A stretch of DNA of 64,000 nucleotides. It comes from Camelus dromedarius (taxonomy: Eukaryota). Of this stretch, positions 59,514 through 64,000 are shown one piece after another; position 1 is the stretch's first letter; each line of letters begins with the position of its first letter. Location: positions 64,110,001 to 64,174,000 of the forward strand of contig NC_087437.1 of NCBI RefSeq assembly GCF_036321535.1, read 5' to 3'. Below the pieces are notes generated by a model. It did not search any database. It was not told where the DNA came from and worked only from the letters and a program-made list of their open reading frames with translations. The translations under genes and the position numbers were made by a program.

Positions 59514-60383
59514 TGTGGGTTCTTGTTGCCGGCTGTGGAAGAATTTGCACGGTAGAGGCAGGGGGACGAAGTGAACAGCCTCTTTATTGCTCAGAAGGGG
59601 AAATGAAAGGAAGTGCTCGAGCAGGGAGAAGGGAAGAACAGTGCTTGAGCAAGGAAAAGGCTCTCCAGCAGGGAGCCATCAGCCAAGATGGGCAGTAGAG
59701 ACAGCTCTGGCTGGGTTGGGCCACCTGGACTTTTATGGGAGGTTTCTGCCGTTACATACTCCTTCTGCATATGATGGAGCCAATCAGTCCTTGTTGGAGC
59801 TTTTCAGTCCTTGTATGGGCTTTTTCCAGTTGTTGTCAGGGCTATCTGCAACTGTTCTGGTGCTGGTGGGCGTGCCACTAGCATGCTAATACATTACAAT
59901 GAATGATGCTCAAGGTCCACTGGAAGTCAAATCCTCCACTATCCAGGACTCCATCAGGTTCTAACCAGTTCTTATTTCTTCTCTGCAGCTGCCTCTTGAG
60001 ACTTAGATAAGAGTAATAGGATTCTAGTCCAGGGAGGGGCAGCAGTACAATCCCGGGGCAACAGCCTTGGTAACAAGATGGAAAGTTACTTTTCACCAGA
60101 ATGACTACAATCTGGTGGACCCAGCATCCCCCCCAAAACACCATCTTCAAAGATTCTGTTCAACTTTGAAAGTTCTAAAGGGAAATGGGGGAGTAATCTC
60201 AGTTAATTGTTGAGATAGGTGGTCAGAGTCCCTTGCCACCCCCAATGCCTGCAGGCTTGTCCTAATCAAATGCTTGGGCCTGCTCTTCTGTGACTCAGGG
60301 AGGCCTGGGAGACTTCAGCTTTTCTATAAACAAGAGGCTGGTGTTGCGCCAGGGCATTGCCCACAGGGTCCTGCTCACTTTCA
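59514..60383 (-). mobile_element. ERV1-class LTR; possible adjacent internal remnant to the left (~58600-59510)
   Basis: Minus strand starts tgaaagtgagcaggaccctgtgg, contains aactggttagaacc...gacttccagtggaccttgagc...attagcatgcta, AATAAA (tttatt at 59583-59588), ends ...caagaacccaca; left boundary uncertain. Confidence 0.65.
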
Positions 60384-60674
60384 CCTTGGTTCTTCTCCAC
60401 CCTGTGCTGATGCAAACGTGATGCAGCCCCCTTGCCTTAGGTTCTCCAAGGCAAGCACAGACACGAGGATACAGCAGAGTTTTACTGAAGATTTGATTAC
60501 AGAGGAGAGTTACAGTATCAAGCAACTACCAGGCAACATCACAAATGGCAAGTGATCTAAATGGGATAAATAATAAAAGACTGCAGCACTCCATCCCTAG
60601 GAACTTCTCACTGGCTAAGGCTTCTCCTCAGACCCCCTGTCTGGCCCCCTGCCCCACCATGCTGTTGCATCACC

Positions 60675-61330
60675 TGTCTCTGGGTTCTGGCACAGAGATC
60701 CTGAAACTCTTGGAATTTCCTAGGTGGTGACAGGAGTGTCTTTTGTTATTCATGAAGAGCCTCTTGGACTATGCTAATGGATAACTCAGGGTGGGGCCCC
60801 TAGAAAGTTCCTGGATGGGACCTGTCACCAGAAAGGCCAAACACCTGATTAGAGGACAGGAATTTACAGCCCCCAACCCCAACCTCCAGGGAGGGGTAGA
60901 GAGCTGGAGAATGGGATATAAAAATTCTTGAACAATAAGATTCAGGGAGCTTCCAAGTTGGCAAACACATTGATGAGCTGGAAGGATGGTGCACATAGAA
61001 AGGGCGTGGAAGCCCTGTGCCCTACCAGCAAATACCTTGCCCATTTGGCTGCTCCAGAGTGGAATCCTTTATGATAAGCCAGTGAACGTAAGTACAGTGT
61101 TTCCCTGCATTCTGTGAATCATTCTGGTGAATTATCAAACCTGAGGGTGATTGTGGGAACCCCCATATTTGTAGTCAGCCATGCAGAAGTATAGGTCTCC
61201 TGGGGACTCCATTTCTGGCTGGCATCTGAAGTGGGGGCAGTTTTATAGGACTGAGCCCTTAACCGATGGAGTTTCCGCTAATTCCGGGAGTTGGTCGGAA
61301 CTGAATGAATGGACTCACGGTAGAGAATCA
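60675..61330 (+). mobile_element. MER21-like LTR
   Basis: ctgaaactcttggaatttcctag...caccagaaaggccaaacacctgattagagg...aacgtaagtacagtgtttccctg...gtgggaacccc...ggcatctgaagtgggggcagtttt. Confidence 0.8.
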
Positions 61331-61693
61331 GATGAGAGTCCTTCTGTGATGGGCGTTGCTCTTATGGGGTGTGTATTTGAGGGATCTGCCACTTCATAAG
61401 TCTCGGTGGCAGTCAAGCTCCTCCTTCCTACTCCAAAAGCCCCAAAGGCCACATCGCAGTCAGGGTATGGGGACTATGATTCAAACCTGCCAATCAGCTG
61501 CTTAGACCAGTGATTTTGTCTTTGGAGCAAGTGCTACATAAAAGAAAGAAATGTCTATAGGAGGAGGATCCATGCTTGGGCAGCTGGCCTTACAGTGTCC
61601 ATCCCTGGCCAGTCGTTCCTTGGTGTGATCTTGGCTAGGACACTGGATATCCAGCTCCCAGCCTGTTTCTCAAGTCTAATCCTCCAACTGTCC

Positions 61694-62241
61694 TGTGATG
61701 GTTTTTATTTTAGAATATATGTCCACAAATTTTTTTGATAACTTGTCTCTTCAAGAGTGGGGCTTAATTCCCCTCACGCTGAGGGTGGGCTAGATGTAGT
61801 GACTCTCTTCTCATGAATAGAATATGGTGGAAGTGACAATGCATGATTTGCAAGTCCAGGTCATAGAAGGCATTGTAGCTTCCTCCTTACACCCTCGCTT
61901 GGATTCCTCACTCTGGGGGAGGCCACCTCCAGCGCCATAAGGACATTCAGTCAGTCTCAAAACCCATATGCAAGGGAAAAGAGCCTCCTACCAAGAGCCA
62001 ATGAAATACTGAGATTTCCTGCCAACATCCAGCAAGTGAGCCATCTTGGAAGCAGCTGCTCCAGCTCCAGTCAAACTTCAGATGACAGAAGCTCCACCTG
62101 ACATCTTGATTACAACCTAGTGAGACCCCAAACCAGAACAACCCCTCTAAGCTGCTCCCAAATGCCTGACCCACAGAAACTAGGAGATAATAAATGTGCA
62201 TTGTTTTTAGCTTCTAACTTTGGGGATAATTTTTAGGCAGC
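61694..62241 (+). mobile_element. MaLR solo LTR (MLT1F-like)
   Basis: tgtgatgg...aatagaatatggtggaagtgac...gagccatcttggaagcag...ctgacccacagaaact...aataaatgtgcattgttttt...ttttggggataattt. Confidence 0.85.
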
Positions 62242-62559
62242 ATGAATTCTGTGAGCCACCAAAAGCCTTCCAGTATTTGTTTTCTGCATAGTTTAGCTGA
62301 TTTCTGTTGTTTACAACCAAGAGCCATGACTGATACCACTTCACATCTCCTCCCTCGATCCCCAATCCACAGCCAGCCTCTCACCCTCTCCCTTTATCAG
62401 GCAGGGTGTTTCAGGCCCGGGTTTCTCATGATCTTACCAGCCTATCCAGGTGATGTCCTGGAGCCTTTACCTTCTTCACTCAAGCAGGCTGTCCAGACAT
62501 CTTCCTAGCTTTAAGTCAGCCTCCCCACTCCCTTAGAAGCAAACTCAGCTGCAGACTAG

Positions 62560-63340
62560 GCAGCACTAAGTTACTTCCAGCCCGCCTCCCCTCGAAGCCT
62601 TGCCGGCTGCCTTCTCCTGTTAGCATCCACTCCCTGCTCCCTTAGGGGTTTTCCATCATCTCTCCCTTCTTTCTGGAAACTGTCTCCATCCTCAGTTTCC
62701 TCTGTGTCACCCATGCTGTGTTTCTACCCTATCTCCTGACTGCTCCTTCCCTGTTTTTCATTCTCTCACTTCCTGAGTTAGGTGCCTGCTGCCTTTTCTT
62801 CCTCTGTGCTTTCCTTCAGCTGCCTTTGCCTCTCTGGCGACCCCAGCTCTCAGCTGAGGGTGACACCCCACCCCCCACCCCCACCTCTGCTTCTATAGCT
62901 GGCTTGTCTCCTGAACTTGGGGACATACTTCTTTCTGTTCAGTTACTCTAATTAGCTCTGTCACTGGTACCCCAGCTCAACATCCACGTGAGAGCCACTC
63001 ATCTTCTCTCCTGACTTCCTGCCTTCTATTAATGGTAACATCCTTCCTTCTGGAAACCAGGCTTAAATTGCCAGTCCTCTTTGACACATCCTTCTCCTTT
63101 ACTCCCACACCTCCTCAGGTGCTGAGTCCCAGCACGTCCTTCCCCTTGGTATCCCCTACTTCTTTCTGGTCACTCAGGCTCCACTCACCTCTCATACTGG
63201 CCTCTGCGCATCCCTCTCTGTTATTATCCCGATTCCCATCCATGTTCTCTAGAAGTTGTCTCTCTGACAGGCAGCCCCCAGAGCAAGATTCCTAAGGAAT
63301 AGTCCTTATCCTATTTATCACTTTGCTTAGAAACCTTTGA
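62560..63340 (+). mobile_element. Probable decayed LINE-2 fragment
   Basis: Pyrimidine-rich; tccttctttctggaaactgtctcc...cagctcaacatcc...aaccaggcttaaattgccagtcctctttgacacatcc. Confidence 0.5.
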
Positions 63341-64000
63341 TTATATTCAACAGTACTGAGTCCCAACTGCATGTGAATTATTTATGATTCTCTGCATATA
63401 ACTTACTGAAACCAACATGTGCCAGTTAAAACTGAAAATGGGAGTTGATTACATGGCTACACAGAGAGCTCACAGAATCCATGGACAGGAATGCATCCAA
63501 GCCTCAGAACCAGAAAATTCTTGGGACTCCACAGTGCTCTCTATCCCCCTTCTGCATTTCTCAGCATCTGCTCCTCCATCTCCCCTGCAGACCCCAGCTC
63601 TCTCTGGTACTCAGCTCCTTGCAGAAGATTGCTGCCTCACAGGAGCTAAAGTTTCTTTTTATCCCCACTGCTCAAGAGACCGCTTCCCAGTGGGAATGGA
63701 GTCTTTCAGTCCTGGGCTCCAGTTTGCAGGTGTGCTGGTCAGGAATCTTCTGCCTTCAAATGATGAACACCTAACATAACCAGCTTAGGCAAAAGCGTAA
63801 TTACAGGCTCTGCTAAACAAGCTTTGGGAAGGGCAGGCTGGGGATCGGCCTCCTGAACAGAAGGGAACAGGGACTGCACGTCTTTTCTCTCTCCATTTCC
63901 CATCTCTGCCTGTGTGCGTCCTTTCCTTAAGGTAGGCCTGCTCCTCCCACATGTTAAAGGACACTAATGACCCCTGATAAATCTTGCCACCTGAGAAGGT

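Noticed and set aside
1..64000. CRISPR arrays, operons, intact retroviral or L1 ORFs, retrogenes, snoRNA/miRNA genes
   Set aside because: None recognisable by eye; all mobile elements are truncated or decayed. An Infernal/Rfam scan and BLASTX would be needed to exclude small RNAs or decayed retrocopies

Overview
Mammalian genomic DNA. It is probably from a camelid, judging by three tRNA-derived Vic-1-like SINEs. The window holds the 5' part of PDIA5 (PDIR, an ER protein disulfide isomerase) on the minus strand: a CpG-island promoter (~51650-52650) and coding exons 1-8 (52318 down to 6709). All introns are GT-AG, and the exons join in frame to 615 nt / 205 aa covering the signal peptide, the N-terminal non-catalytic domain and the start of the first thioredoxin domain (WCSLC). 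Exon 9 onward lies left of position 1. The rest is intronic or upstream DNA rich in L1, L2, MIR, hAT-type MITEs, MaLR/ERV LTRs and microsatellites. Repeat family names come from recalled consensus similarity, so their boundaries are approximate. I found no convincing new gene or novel system. The most interesting hypothesis is an inverted SINE pair closely flanking exons 2-6, which form a 438-nt phase-0/phase-0 block. This is a candidate lineage-specific circRNA with a stop-free circular reading frame.
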